A stretch of DNA of 64,000 nucleotides from Longimicrobiales bacterium. Lineage in GTDB: Bacteria; Gemmatimonadota; Gemmatimonadetes; Longimicrobiales; Gaopeijiaceae. The stretch lies in contig OZ250165.1 in assembly GCA_965238005.1 (NCBI GenBank), forward strand, positions 768,001 to 832,000, written 5' to 3'. The position numbers were made by a program, and so were the translations under genes. The notes below the pieces were generated by a model that was given only the letters and a program-made list of their open reading frames with translations, had not been told where the DNA came from and made no database searches. Below are positions 48,432 to 57,911 of the stretch, one piece after another (the stretch's first letter is position 1; every line of letters starts with the position of its first letter).

Positions 48432-51400
48432 ATGGGATTCGAACCGACACGGCAGACGGGACATTCGCGATCGGAGCGGGCTGCACGCATGGCCCCGCCG
48501 CTATCGTGGCGCTTCCTCTATCCGCGCGCGGGGGCGGCCCGTCTCCATCGTGGACTTCTGGCGTGCGCTTCGCGGGGCGGCATGTCGGGGCTGCGCCATC
48601 TCGGGCCATCTCTCGCCGGACCGGCCCTGATGGGTCTGATCCTGCTTGCGTTCTCCACCCTCGGCGCAGCGCCGGCCCAGGCGCAGACGGTGGCCACCGA
48701 CGCGACGCTGAGCGAGATCGTCGTCAATAAGAAGGAAGGCAATGACCGCGGCGATGAGATTGTGCTGGAGCCGGCCTTTTCGAGCGACCGGACCTCCTAC
48801 AGCTTCGTGGTGGGACACGAATCCTCTTCGTTCCTGACGGTCCGCACGACCCACCCCCGCGCGACGGTGAGGATCTTCGAGGGTCGGCTGTCGCATCTGG
48901 AGACGCCGCCGCATCTGGAGGGGGAGGTGAGGCATTACGGCGAGGTGGTGGTGCGGTCTCTCGGGGGTGGGCGGTGGTCGACCAATCTCAATCCCTTCGA
49001 AGGCCGCTATTGGATCGACGTGACGGTGACTTCGGCGGACGAAGAACACCAAGTGAACTACAGGTTGGACTATTTGGCCAGGGGCCGGCCGCCGAGTCTG
49101 CTTTGGGCCTTGATCGCGCCGCACGGCTCGAGGGGGACTCTCGACCGCGTGACGCTGAAATACGACAAGATCCTGAGACCGGACGGGCCCGATCCGGACA
49201 ACCCCTTGGCACCGCCGGCGAGCGCCTTTTCGGTGGAGGTGGAAGGCGAACGTGTGCCGGTGACGAGGACGCAGATCAACGCCGAGTATCTGCAGCTGAG
49301 GCTGGCGCGGGAGCTGTCCCCCCAGGAGCAGCAGGTGACGGTGAGCTATGCCCGTCCGGCCACGAACCCGGTGCAGACCAACATCGGAGGGCTCGCGTTC
49401 GACTTCACCGACTACCCGGTGGACGTCAGCCGGGCACCCACGACCAACAATTCCGAGCTGTCGGTCGCGGACGCCGAGGTGACCGAGGGCGAAGGGACGA
49501 TGGACTTCGTGGTGACGCTCGCGCCGGCGCAGCGGCCGCCGGCGTGGGTGGACTACGCGACGGCGGACGGCACGGCCAGGGCGGGCGAGGACTACAGGGC
49601 GACGAGCGGACGGGTGAAGTTCCGGAAGAGGGAGACGACCAAGACCGTCTCCGTGCCGATCATCAACGACGCGGTGGAGGAGGACGGGGAGACGTTCACG
49701 CTCGTCCTGAGCGACCCCGAAGGCGCGCTGATCGCCGACGGGGAGGCGACCGGCACGATCGTCGACGACGGCGACGAAGGGGTGCAGCCGCCGCGGCCGC
49801 CGCAGAACACCGGCACGGAGCTGTTCTCCGAAACGATGACCGTGGGGTACGACTTCAACAACACTTGGGCCGGATATGACGACGGATCAGGTGGTAACTC
49901 TCAGATCGGTATGCTGCCCGAGACCGGCTTCTCCTTCGGCGGCACCGGCTACACGGTGGAGCAGGTGACGAACAGTGATTCCGGGGAGCTGCGGCTGAAG
50001 CTGAACGGCCTGCTGACGCAGGAGGACGCCGCGCCGCTGGACCTGTATATCGGCAACACGCTGTTCGGGTTGGCCGGGGCGGACCGCTACTTTGGCAACC
50101 GCAACTTTCGCGCCTGGAATGACTCCGGTCTGGTCTTGCGCTCCGGCTCGACCATTCTGGTGCGGATTGTGGATCGGAGGCCGGCGATGACCGGGACGTT
50201 CGAGAACGTCCCGCGGAACCACAACAGCCCGTTCACCTTCGAGGTGCATTTCAGCGAGGAGGTCGTGGTGAGCGCGGAGACGCTGCGCGACCATGCCTTC
50301 GCGGTGACCAACGGCGAGGTGACGGGGGCGCGGCAGCTCAATCCGCCGAGCACGATGGCGTGGGAGATCACGGTCGCTTCGTTCTCGGAGGAGGCGGTGA
50401 CGTTGGTGCTGCCGGAGACGACGGACTGCGCGGCGGCGGGCGCGATCTGCACCGAAGACGGGCGGATGCTCTCGGCGGATATCTCGGCGGTGGTGGAGGG
50501 GCCCGGGGCGACGCCCGAGCCGCTGACGGCGACCTTCGGCGACGTGCCATCCGAGCACACGGGACAGGCGTTCACGTTCGGGCTGGCGTTCAGCGAGGAG
50601 GTCGAGATCAGCTATGAGACGCTGCGCGACGACGCGTTCGAGGTCACGGGCGGGAGCGTCACGACCGCGAGCCGCACCGCGCCGCCGTCGAACCAGGAGT
50701 GGGCGATCACGGTCGAGCCGGCTTCGAGCAGCGACACGGTGGCCATCACGCTGCCGGAGACGACCGACTGCGGCGCGGCCGGCGCCATCTGCACGGGCGG
50801 GGACGACCCGAGGCCGCTGAGCAACAGCCCGTCGCACACCGTGGCGGCGGCGGCGGCGGTGCCGGAGCCGCTGACGGCGACCTTCGGCGACGACATGCCG
50901 GCCTCGCACACGGGAGAGACGTTCACGTTCGGGCTGAGCTTCAGCGAGGAACTCGCCTCCGACTTCAGCTACAAGACGCTGCGCGACGACGCGTTCAGCG
51001 TGACCGGCGGAAGCGTGAAGAATGCGAGCCGGCGGACGCAGGGCAGCAACCTCGCGTGGAACATCACGGTCGAGCCGGCTTCCACGAGCGCCACGGTGAC
51101 CATCACGCTGCCGGAGACGACCGACTGCGCCGCGACCGGGGCGATCTGCACAGAGGACGGCCGAGCGCTGTCGCACTCGCTGTCGGCGACCGTCAACGCG
51201 GCCTCCGCGAGCGCGAGCGCCGCGGCGAACGGGGACGGGGACGCGGAGGACGACGCGCTGGCGCTGGTGGCCGGCGTGACCCCGGACGAGGCCGCCCAAG
51301 CGTTGTTCGGCGAGCGGAGGCTGAGCGAGGCCCGGCTGGACGCTCTCGACCTTCTGGGCAACGGAAACGGTCGCTACGACCTCGGCGACCTGCTCTCCTG

Positions 51401-51983
51401 GATCGAGCGCTGCCGACAGGGTGAAGCGAGTTGCGGAAGCGTGCCCACGGATCCCGGTCCCGTCTCGGGCGCCGCCCTGCTCGCCGCCGGCGCGGTCGGA
51501 CGGCGGGGGAGCTCCAGGCGCCCCAAACGGCGCGATTCCGGGTGCCGCGGACGCTCACCGGGGGGACGCGGCAGGCGCCGCCGGGCGGGCATGGCAGGAT
51601 ACGTGCTCGCCATGCTGCTCGCCGCCACGACCTGGTCGTGTGCCGGCGATGCGGTCGGGCCGGCCGCCGTCGAGCAGGATCCGGGCTTCCTGACCGTGGA
51701 AGTAACCGGGCTCGTCGCCAATCGCGACATCGGCGTGCTGCTGGAGCTGGAAGGCCCCGGCATCGAAACCGTGCGGGCTCCCGGTCTCGAGTTGTACCAA
51801 TCCACGGCGGCCGGGCGGCATCAGATCGTCGTGGCGGGCTCGCTCATGGCGGGTCCCCTCGTGCAGTTCGAGGTGCCGGACCGCGGCCAGCTTCCTCTGT
51901 ACCGGGTCCGCGTCCAGCAGGTCACGGGAGAGGGCTACGGGCTGAGGGACACAGGGAACTACCGGGCCGTGATCACGCACTGA
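48432..51983 (+). CDS. large surface protein: cadherin-like beta-sandwich, SwmB-like, Calx-beta, three GAICT-DGR repeats, C-terminal lipoprotein-like module
   Basis: AAPAQAQ signal cleavage; DATLS...PAFSSDRTSY; LSVADAEVTEG...TADGTARAGEDY; 3x FTF...FSEE...LRD.AF.VT.G...DC.A.GAICT; start uncertain (48432 or 48630). Confidence 0.8.
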   Translation: MGFEPTRQTGHSRSERAARMAPPLSWRFLYPRAGAARLHRGLLACASRGGMSGLRHLGPSLAGPALMGLILLAFSTLGAAPAQAQTVATDATLSEIVVNKKEGNDRGDEIVLEPAFSSDRTSYSFVVGHESSSFLTVRTTHPRATVRIFEGRLSHLETPPHLEGEVRHYGEVVVRSLGGGRWSTNLNPFEGRYWIDVTVTSADEEHQVNYRLDYLARGRPPSLLWALIAPHGSRGTLDRVTLKYDKILRPDGPDPDNPLAPPASAFSVEVEGERVPVTRTQINAEYLQLRLARELSPQEQQVTVSYARPATNPVQTNIGGLAFDFTDYPVDVSRAPTTNNSELSVADAEVTEGEGTMDFVVTLAPAQRPPAWVDYATADGTARAGEDYRATSGRVKFRKRETTKTVSVPIINDAVEEDGETFTLVLSDPEGALIADGEATGTIVDDGDEGVQPPRPPQNTGTELFSETMTVGYDFNNTWAGYDDGSGGNSQIGMLPETGFSFGGTGYTVEQVTNSDSGELRLKLNGLLTQEDAAPLDLYIGNTLFGLAGADRYFGNRNFRAWNDSGLVLRSGSTILVRIVDRRPAMTGTFENVPRNHNSPFTFEVHFSEEVVVSAETLRDHAFAVTNGEVTGARQLNPPSTMAWEITVASFSEEAVTLVLPETTDCAAAGAICTEDGRMLSADISAVVEGPGATPEPLTATFGDVPSEHTGQAFTFGLAFSEEVEISYETLRDDAFEVTGGSVTTASRTAPPSNQEWAITVEPASSSDTVAITLPETTDCGAAGAICTGGDDPRPLSNSPSHTVAAAAAVPEPLTATFGDDMPASHTGETFTFGLSFSEELASDFSYKTLRDDAFSVTGGSVKNASRRTQGSNLAWNITVEPASTSATVTITLPETTDCAATGAICTEDGRALSHSLSATVNAASASASAAANGDGDAEDDALALVAGVTPDEAAQALFGERRLSEARLDALDLLGNGNGRYDLGDLLSWIERCRQGEASCGSVPTDPGPVSGAALLAAGAVGRRGSSRRPKRRDSGCRGRSPGGRGRRRRAGMAGYVLAMLLAATTWSCAGDAVGPAAVEQDPGFLTVEVTGLVANRDIGVLLELEGPGIETVRAPGLELYQSTAAGRHQIVVAGSLMAGPLVQFEVPDRGQLPLYRVRVQQVTGEGYGLRDTGNYRAVITH

Positions 51984-52535
51984 CCACCTCGGAAGGGATG
52001 GCCCCCCGACGTGCGCGCCGCAGCTCGTGTGCGCCGGGGGGCGCGTAGCAACCCTGACGCGCACCGATCCTGCTCGGTCCCGCCTGCTCGAGCCTACAGC
52101 GGGGCGCGCCTCCATGACAGGCCGGACGGCCCGGGGTTCGCCCCGCGGACCGCGCGGCGAAGCCAACCATGACCTCCGGTCCCGCGATCCCGCCGTCCCC
52201 GAAAAACGGCGCGCAGCCGATGTAGAGCCGCACGTCCTCGGCGCACTCCATGATGTGCTCGGCCAGGCTCTTCACGGCTTCTCTCCCCGCGCCGGAACCC
52301 CACCCACCAACACAGCGCCGTCCTCCCCGGAGCAACCGGCCCGGCCCGCTGCCCGTCGCCCGCACTCCATGCCCTCGACAGGACCTCCGCCGAGGGCTCC
52401 GGGGGTGTGCGCGACCGCGCCGGCGGAGCCACCGGACGGGCCGTTCGTACGTCTGAATATCTCTACGCAGAGCCAGCACTTGAGACACTTCCTACGGGTT
52501 GATGTCCTCGCAAACGGGTCTTCGTCGTTGCGGCC

Positions 52536-53159
52536 ATGCGGACGCTGGAGCAGCAGTTCGCTTCGCGGTTGAGCGCGTTCCTGCGGCGCACGGGCCTGAG
52601 GCCGACGACGTTCGGCAGGATGGCGCTGGGCGACCCGAACCTGGTGCGCCAGATCGATGGCGGCCGCTCGCTGTCGCTCAAGACCGCGGACCGGGTTCTG
52701 GCCTTCATGGCCGAGTACGACGGGGACTCGGGCGGCGCGCGGGACCCGCCCCGCCGCCCTCGACACCGGACGGCCGCGTCACGGACGAGGAGAACGTGGA
52801 GAAGCAGAGCGACGACCGAACAACCGATCGAACGGAGTACCAAGGCGCCGACCCGCTTCCTGCGGCTGCCTGAGGTGCAGGCCCGCACGGGCCAGTCGCG
52901 GAGCACGATCTATGTGCGGGTGGAGCAGGGGCGCTTCCCCCGGCCGGTCTCGCTGGGTGCGCGCGCCGTGGGCTGGATCGAGGCTGAGGTGGACGAGTGG
53001 ATCCGCGAGCGGATCGAGGCGAGCCGGAGTGTCGCGGACGGTGCCGTCCACTGCCCCCCAAGAGGGAGGACCCGGCGGTCATTCTCATCACCCGTCTCCA
53101 GACCGACGGGGCGCCGGTCGCGGAGGAGGAGGGATGATCGGCCATCTCCCGGGCCGTGA
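52536..53159 (+). CDS. alpA: Cro-like HTH-AlpA fusion
   Basis: Paralogue of 22250-22807. Confidence 0.85.
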   Translation: MRTLEQQFASRLSAFLRRTGLRPTTFGRMALGDPNLVRQIDGGRSLSLKTADRVLAFMAEYDGDSGGARDPPRRPRHRTAASRTRRTWRSRATTEQPIERSTKAPTRFLRLPEVQARTGQSRSTIYVRVEQGRFPRPVSLGARAVGWIEAEVDEWIRERIEASRSVADGAVHCPPRGRTRRSFSSPVSRPTGRRSRRRRDDRPSPGP

Positions 53160-53196
53160 CCAGGCGCTCGGGTCCTTCGGCTGGACGGGACGCGAC
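53134..53196 (+). pseudogene. N-terminal stub of the conserved ICE (replication-relaxation-like) gene
   Basis: GGAGG RBS, MIGHLPGRDQALGSFGWTGRD versus MIAHLRGREKALEAFGWTDRE at 61787. Confidence 0.7.
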
Positions 53197-53468
53197 GGAC
53201 GCACCGTGGATCGGCACTCGGAATCGTGCACCTCCCGGCGTGAACAGTTCCACGCCGGTGACTTCCCCTTCCCACCCCCATCTGGATCGACCTTCCGCCG
53301 CACCCGTGAAGGGAGGCTCCCCGGAGCCCCGATGGGGGCGTTGCCCAAGCCATTGGCGGCGCGATCCAGCGGCTTCGGCGCCGTCCGGAACGACCCCGAA
53401 CGTCCCGGGACTGTAGGCAGTTTGCTAAAGGTTGACGCCCTTGCGCAGAGGTCTTCAGCGTTCGGGGC

Positions 53469-53987
53469 ATGATGACGCTGGAGCAGCAGTTCAGATCGCG
53501 GGTGAGGGCGTTCCTCGGACGCTCGAGCCTGAGCCCGACGAGGTTCGGCAGGATGGCGTTGGGCGACCCGAGTCTGGTGCGCCGGATCGAGCGCGGTCGT
53601 TCGCTGACGCTGAGAACGGCGGACCGGATTCTGGCGTTCGTGTCCGAGTACGACGGGAAGACGGGCGGCACGCGCGATCCGCCCCGTCGTCCTCGATACC
53701 GGAAGCCCTCGCCGCGAGCGAGGAAGACGAACAGGAGCAGAGCGACGACCGAGCAGCCCATGGAACAGAGAACGAACGCGCCGACCCGGATTCTCCGCCT
53801 GTCGGAGGTGCAGGCCCGCACGGGTCTGTCGCGGACCACGATCTACCGGTGGCGGGTTGGGGGACGCTTCCCCCGGGCGATTGTGCTGGGAAGGCGGACC
53901 GTGGGCTGGATCGAGTCGGAGGTGGAGGAGTGGATCCGCGAGCAGATCGCGGAGAGCCGGGGCGGCGCCGAGAGTGCCGCCCACTGA
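53469..53987 (+). CDS. alpA: Cro-like HTH-AlpA fusion heading the T4SS operon
   Basis: PTRFGRMALGDPSLV...; ILRLSEVQARTGLSRTTIY...FP..I.LG.R.VGW.ESEV..WI. Confidence 0.85.
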   Translation: MMTLEQQFRSRVRAFLGRSSLSPTRFGRMALGDPSLVRRIERGRSLTLRTADRILAFVSEYDGKTGGTRDPPRRPRYRKPSPRARKTNRSRATTEQPMEQRTNAPTRILRLSEVQARTGLSRTTIYRWRVGGRFPRAIVLGRRTVGWIESEVEEWIREQIAESRGGAESAAH

Positions 53988-54009
53988 CCCCGAGATGGAG
54001 GACAAGAGA

Positions 54010-54297
54010 ATGAGAACGTTGTTGACGACGGTGCGGACGGCTGCGTGGGCCGCGCTGTGGATGCTCGTGCCCGCCCGGCTGTTGGCCCAGGGCACGAGTC
54101 CGTGGGTGGAAGCGGTGAACGAGCTTCAGGCGCAGTTCACGGGTCCGATCGCGAGGGGGCTGTCGCTGATCGCGATCGTGGTGGGCGGGCTGATGTTCGC
54201 GTTCGGCGAGGGCGGGAGCAAGCGCACGCTGGCCGGGATCATCTTCGGGCTCGGGATGGCGATGGGCGCGGCCAACTTCCTGGCCTGGCTGTTCTGA
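54010..54297 (+). CDS. virB2: TrbC/VirB2 pilin
   Basis: Signal peptide, SPW...L...TGPIA..LSLIAIVV.G..FAFGE; GGAGG RBS. Confidence 0.88.
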   Translation: MRTLLTTVRTAAWAALWMLVPARLLAQGTSPWVEAVNELQAQFTGPIARGLSLIAIVVGGLMFAFGEGGSKRTLAGIIFGLGMAMGAANFLAWLF

Positions 54298-54602
54298 TGC
54301 GTGGCCTCAGGCGCTGGGCGGGCTACGCCGCGCTCAATCGTCCGCTGACGGTGCTGGGCGTGGAGCGGCGGCTGTTCCTCTTGGGCGCGACGCTCGCGCT
54401 CGCCGTGTGGAACGCGACGGCGTCGCTGGTCGCGGGCGGCCTGGTGTTCGCCGTCTGCTACGGTGCGGGCTGGCTCGCGGGCCGGAAGGATCCGGCCATG
54501 CTCGCGGTGCTCCGCGCGGCCGCCCGCCACCCGGCGCGGTTCGATCCGGGCAAGTGGGCGGACGAGCCCTGGCACTTGAAGATCCGGGCGGTCGGCAGGT
54601 GA
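54297..54602 (+). CDS. virB3: VirB3/TrbD family protein
   Basis: ALNRPLTVLGVER, two TM segments, KDP; TGATG overlap with virB2. Confidence 0.85.
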   Translation: MRGLRRWAGYAALNRPLTVLGVERRLFLLGATLALAVWNATASLVAGGLVFAVCYGAGWLAGRKDPAMLAVLRAAARHPARFDPGKWADEPWHLKIRAVGR

Positions 54603-57046
54603 GGGTCGCGGAGGAGCTTCGGGCCTACGAGGCGGCGGGCTCGCTGGCCGAGGAGCTGCCCTACTGGGGCTGGCTCGACGACGGCCGCACCTGCCTGACC
54701 CGTTCGGGCGAGCTGATCGCGGCGGGCCGGCTGCGGCCCGCCGCGGTGGACGGGCGCACGCCGGAGCAGATCGACCGCGTGCTGGGCCTCTGGCAACGCC
54801 TGCTGTCGGGGCTCGGCCCGGGTACGCGCTTCCACTTCTATCTGCTCCGCCGCCCGGAGCCCGCCGTTCGCCCGGAGGAGCACGGCGGCTCGGACATCGC
54901 GTCGGTCTCGAAGCGGGAGCGCTGCTTATTTCTAGCCCGGCGGGTGCAGCGGCTCGATGCCTACGTCGTCTGGTCGCACGATCCCGGTCTCCGTCCGGTG
55001 GCCGATGGTTCCCGGTCGGGACCCGTCGCCCGGCTCACCGGGTTGTGGAAGCGCCGCCGCGGCAAGAGCGCGCCGACGTACCTCGCCTCGGAGATCGAGG
55101 CCGCGGCGGGCCGGTTCCGGGCGATGATCGAGGCGGGCCGCTCACTCGTCGCCGAACACACACCGGTCGAGATGCTGGGAGCCGCGGAAGCATCCCGGCT
55201 GCTTTCCGAACTGACGAACAGGCCGGGCACGGCGTGGGACGGGGCGACGGGCAGCGGCATGAACTGGCGGCTCGCGGTGTCGGAACTGGAAGCGGAGCGT
55301 TCGCATCTGACGCTCGACGGCGAGCCGGTGATCCTGTACTCGCTCCTGTCGCCGCCGGGCCAGGCGCACGCGAACCTGCTGCGCGACCTGTACTGTCTCG
55401 ATGCCACGCTCACGGTCTCCCTCGAGTGGCGACCGTGGACGGTCGAGGCGGCGCGGCGCCGGATCCGGGGCGCGCAGCGCCACTACTTCTCGCGCCGCTA
55501 CTCGATGATGGCGCACGTGCAGGAGACCGAGGGCACGGCGGCCGCGATGGTCGATTCGGCCGCAGCGGTCGAGTCGGACCGGCTGGGCGGCGCGCTCGTG
55601 GAACTCGAGGCGGACGGCGTGGGCTACGGCGAGGCCGCGCTGACGGTGGCGCTCCACGGCGACTTGGGCGAGATCGAGCGCCTGGACGGCGACGTGCGGC
55701 GGCTCTTCGCGGCGCACGACGCGAAGGCGGTCCGGGAGGGCTACGGCCAGCTGCCCGTCTGGTTCGCGCGGCTCCCGGCCCAGCCGCCGGGGCGGCAGGT
55801 GCGAACGGTGTTCGTCTCGGCCGGGCTCGCCGCGTGCCTCGCGCCGGTGTTCGGGCCGCCCGGGGGCTCGGCCCGGAGCCGGCACCTCGGCCGCGAGGCG
55901 CTCGCGGTCCTCGAGACCCCGTGGCGCACCGCGTATCACTACGATCTGTTCGCGGGCGATGTGGGCCACACGCTGATCCTCGGCGCGACGGGCTCCGGCA
56001 AGAGTTTCGCCTTGAATTTTCTTCTGGTCGAGGCGCTCAAGTACGGCCCCCGCGTGCTGATCCTGGACCTGGGCGGCTCCTACCGCTGGCTGACCCGCTT
56101 CGTCGGAGGCTCCTACCTCGAGCTCACGCCCGGCGACTCGGAGTCCGGGCTCAGGCTTCAGCCGTTCGCGCTGCCCTCAGGCACGCGCACCTTCCAGTTC
56201 CTGACCGGCTGGGTGCTCCGGCTGCTGAAGCTGGGCGGCTACGAGGCGGGCGGCGCGGACACGAGCGAGCTCCGCGCCCGCATCGAGGACCTCTACGCGC
56301 TCGGGCCGGAGCGGCGCACGCTCGGCGTGCTCACCGGCTCGCTCCCCTCGGCGATGTGGCCGGCGCTCAGCCGCTGGACCGGAGATGGAGCCTGGGGCCG
56401 GTACTTCGACAACCCGCCGGCAGGTGCGGCGGACCTCGAGTTTGGCGACTGGCAGGTGATCGATCTGGCGGGCGCGGCCGAGCATGCGGATCTATGCGAG
56501 GGCGCGCTGTCGTACCTGCTCGAACGGATGCGCCTCGAGATCGAGGATGCGTCGGAAGCGGCCCGGCTCAAGCTGATGGTCGTGGACGAGGCGTGGCGCT
56601 ACCTGGCCGACCCTGCGGTGCTCGCCTACCTGGCCGAGGCGGCGAAGACGTGGCGCAAGAAGAACGCGGCGCTCGTGCTCGCGACCCAGTCCGCCGTGGA
56701 CGTGACGGGAACGGCGGGCGCCTCCGCGCTCCTCGAGTCGATCCCGACGAAGCTGTTCCTGGCGAACCCCGAGTTGCCGGACGAGGCCGGGGCGCTCTTC
56801 CGGCTGAACGAGTCGGAGCTGGCCCGGGTCCGCGAACTCGCGCCGAAGCGCGAACTCTATCTCCGCCGGCCGGACGAGGCGGCCGTGCTCCGCCTCGAAG
56901 TCGACGCCGCGAGCTACTGGCTCTACACCTCCTCGCCGCTCGACGCCGAGAAGCGCGCCGAGGCCGTCGCGAAACACGGCCTGGTACGCGCGCTCGAGGT
57001 GCTGGCGGGAGGAGCCCACCCCACCCCCAAGCCCGAGAGGAAGTGA
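54599..57046 (+). CDS. virB4: VirB4/TrbE ATPase
   Basis: GHTLILGATGSGKS, LDLGGSY, LMVVDEAW, KTWRKKN...LATQS. Confidence 0.93.
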   Translation: MRVAEELRAYEAAGSLAEELPYWGWLDDGRTCLTRSGELIAAGRLRPAAVDGRTPEQIDRVLGLWQRLLSGLGPGTRFHFYLLRRPEPAVRPEEHGGSDIASVSKRERCLFLARRVQRLDAYVVWSHDPGLRPVADGSRSGPVARLTGLWKRRRGKSAPTYLASEIEAAAGRFRAMIEAGRSLVAEHTPVEMLGAAEASRLLSELTNRPGTAWDGATGSGMNWRLAVSELEAERSHLTLDGEPVILYSLLSPPGQAHANLLRDLYCLDATLTVSLEWRPWTVEAARRRIRGAQRHYFSRRYSMMAHVQETEGTAAAMVDSAAAVESDRLGGALVELEADGVGYGEAALTVALHGDLGEIERLDGDVRRLFAAHDAKAVREGYGQLPVWFARLPAQPPGRQVRTVFVSAGLAACLAPVFGPPGGSARSRHLGREALAVLETPWRTAYHYDLFAGDVGHTLILGATGSGKSFALNFLLVEALKYGPRVLILDLGGSYRWLTRFVGGSYLELTPGDSESGLRLQPFALPSGTRTFQFLTGWVLRLLKLGGYEAGGADTSELRARIEDLYALGPERRTLGVLTGSLPSAMWPALSRWTGDGAWGRYFDNPPAGAADLEFGDWQVIDLAGAAEHADLCEGALSYLLERMRLEIEDASEAARLKLMVVDEAWRYLADPAVLAYLAEAAKTWRKKNAALVLATQSAVDVTGTAGASALLESIPTKLFLANPELPDEAGALFRLNESELARVRELAPKRELYLRRPDEAAVLRLEVDAASYWLYTSSPLDAEKRAEAVAKHGLVRALEVLAGGAHPTPKPERK

Positions 57047-57050
57047 CACC

Positions 57051-57911
57051 ATGAGGCTACCCACCATACCCATCGTACTGACGCTTCTCGTGACGGCGCT
57101 TCCCGCCGGAGCCGCCGCGCAGGAGAAGGACGCCGTCTTGCTCCGCGTGCCGGTCGCCGAGGACGGCGAGGACCGGATCCACCGGCTGCGCGCGCGGGTG
57201 CGCCACACGACGGTGATCGTGCTGCCGGCCGGCGAGCGGATCCTCGACTTCGTGGTCGGCGACTCGGAGTACTGGCACCTGACCGGCGCGGCGAACGTCG
57301 CGTTCCTCAAGCCCCTGGCCGAGGACGCGGCGACGAATGTCGCCCTCGTCTGCGAGTCGGGCCGCATCTACTCGTTCCTGGTCTCGGAGCACGGTGAGGA
57401 GCCCCCGCATCTCGTCATCCGCGTCGAATCCGGCGCGGAGGCTGCGGGCGCATCGGGGGGCGGCGGGAACGTCCCCGCCTTCGTCGCCCGCAGCGACGTG
57501 GCGGCCTACCGGCAAATGGCTGCCGAGGCGGCGGCAGCGGCCCGTCGGGCGCGCGAGGAGGCCGAGGCGGGCATCCTCGAGGCGCGCGCGCGGGCGGCAG
57601 CGGAGATCGAAGCGTTCCGCGCCTCCTATCCGGGACGGATCGCGTTCGAGTACCGGCTGGACGACAAGGCGAAAGATCGTCCGTTCCTCGTCGAGGCGAT
57701 GTGGCACGACGGGCGGTTCACCTACGTCCGCTCGCGCGCCCAGGAGTCGCCGGCGCTCTACGAGCTCAGGGACGGCGAACCGAGCCTGGTCGCGTTCGAT
57801 CTGACCGAGGACGGCCTCTACATCGCACGCCACGTGCTGGGCGACGGGTGGCTCCAGGTCGGCGACAAGCGGGTCGGCTGGCGGTTCACGCCCGCGCAAG
57901 CGCTCCGATGA
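57051..57911 (+). CDS. virB9: VirB9/TrbG
   Basis: Signal peptide, TTVIVLP.GE.I...VVGD...W, FLKP...TN...GRIYSF, WHDGRFTY. Confidence 0.88.
   Translation: MRLPTIPIVLTLLVTALPAGAAAQEKDAVLLRVPVAEDGEDRIHRLRARVRHTTVIVLPAGERILDFVVGDSEYWHLTGAANVAFLKPLAEDAATNVALVCESGRIYSFLVSEHGEEPPHLVIRVESGAEAAGASGGGGNVPAFVARSDVAAYRQMAAEAAAAARRAREEAEAGILEARARAAAEIEAFRASYPGRIAFEYRLDDKAKDRPFLVEAMWHDGRFTYVRSRAQESPALYELRDGEPSLVAFDLTEDGLYIARHVLGDGWLQVGDKRVGWRFTPAQALR

Noticed and set aside
55045..57054. 669-aa alternate-frame ORF
   Set aside because: Overlaps virB4; Arg/Gly/Pro-rich frame artefact
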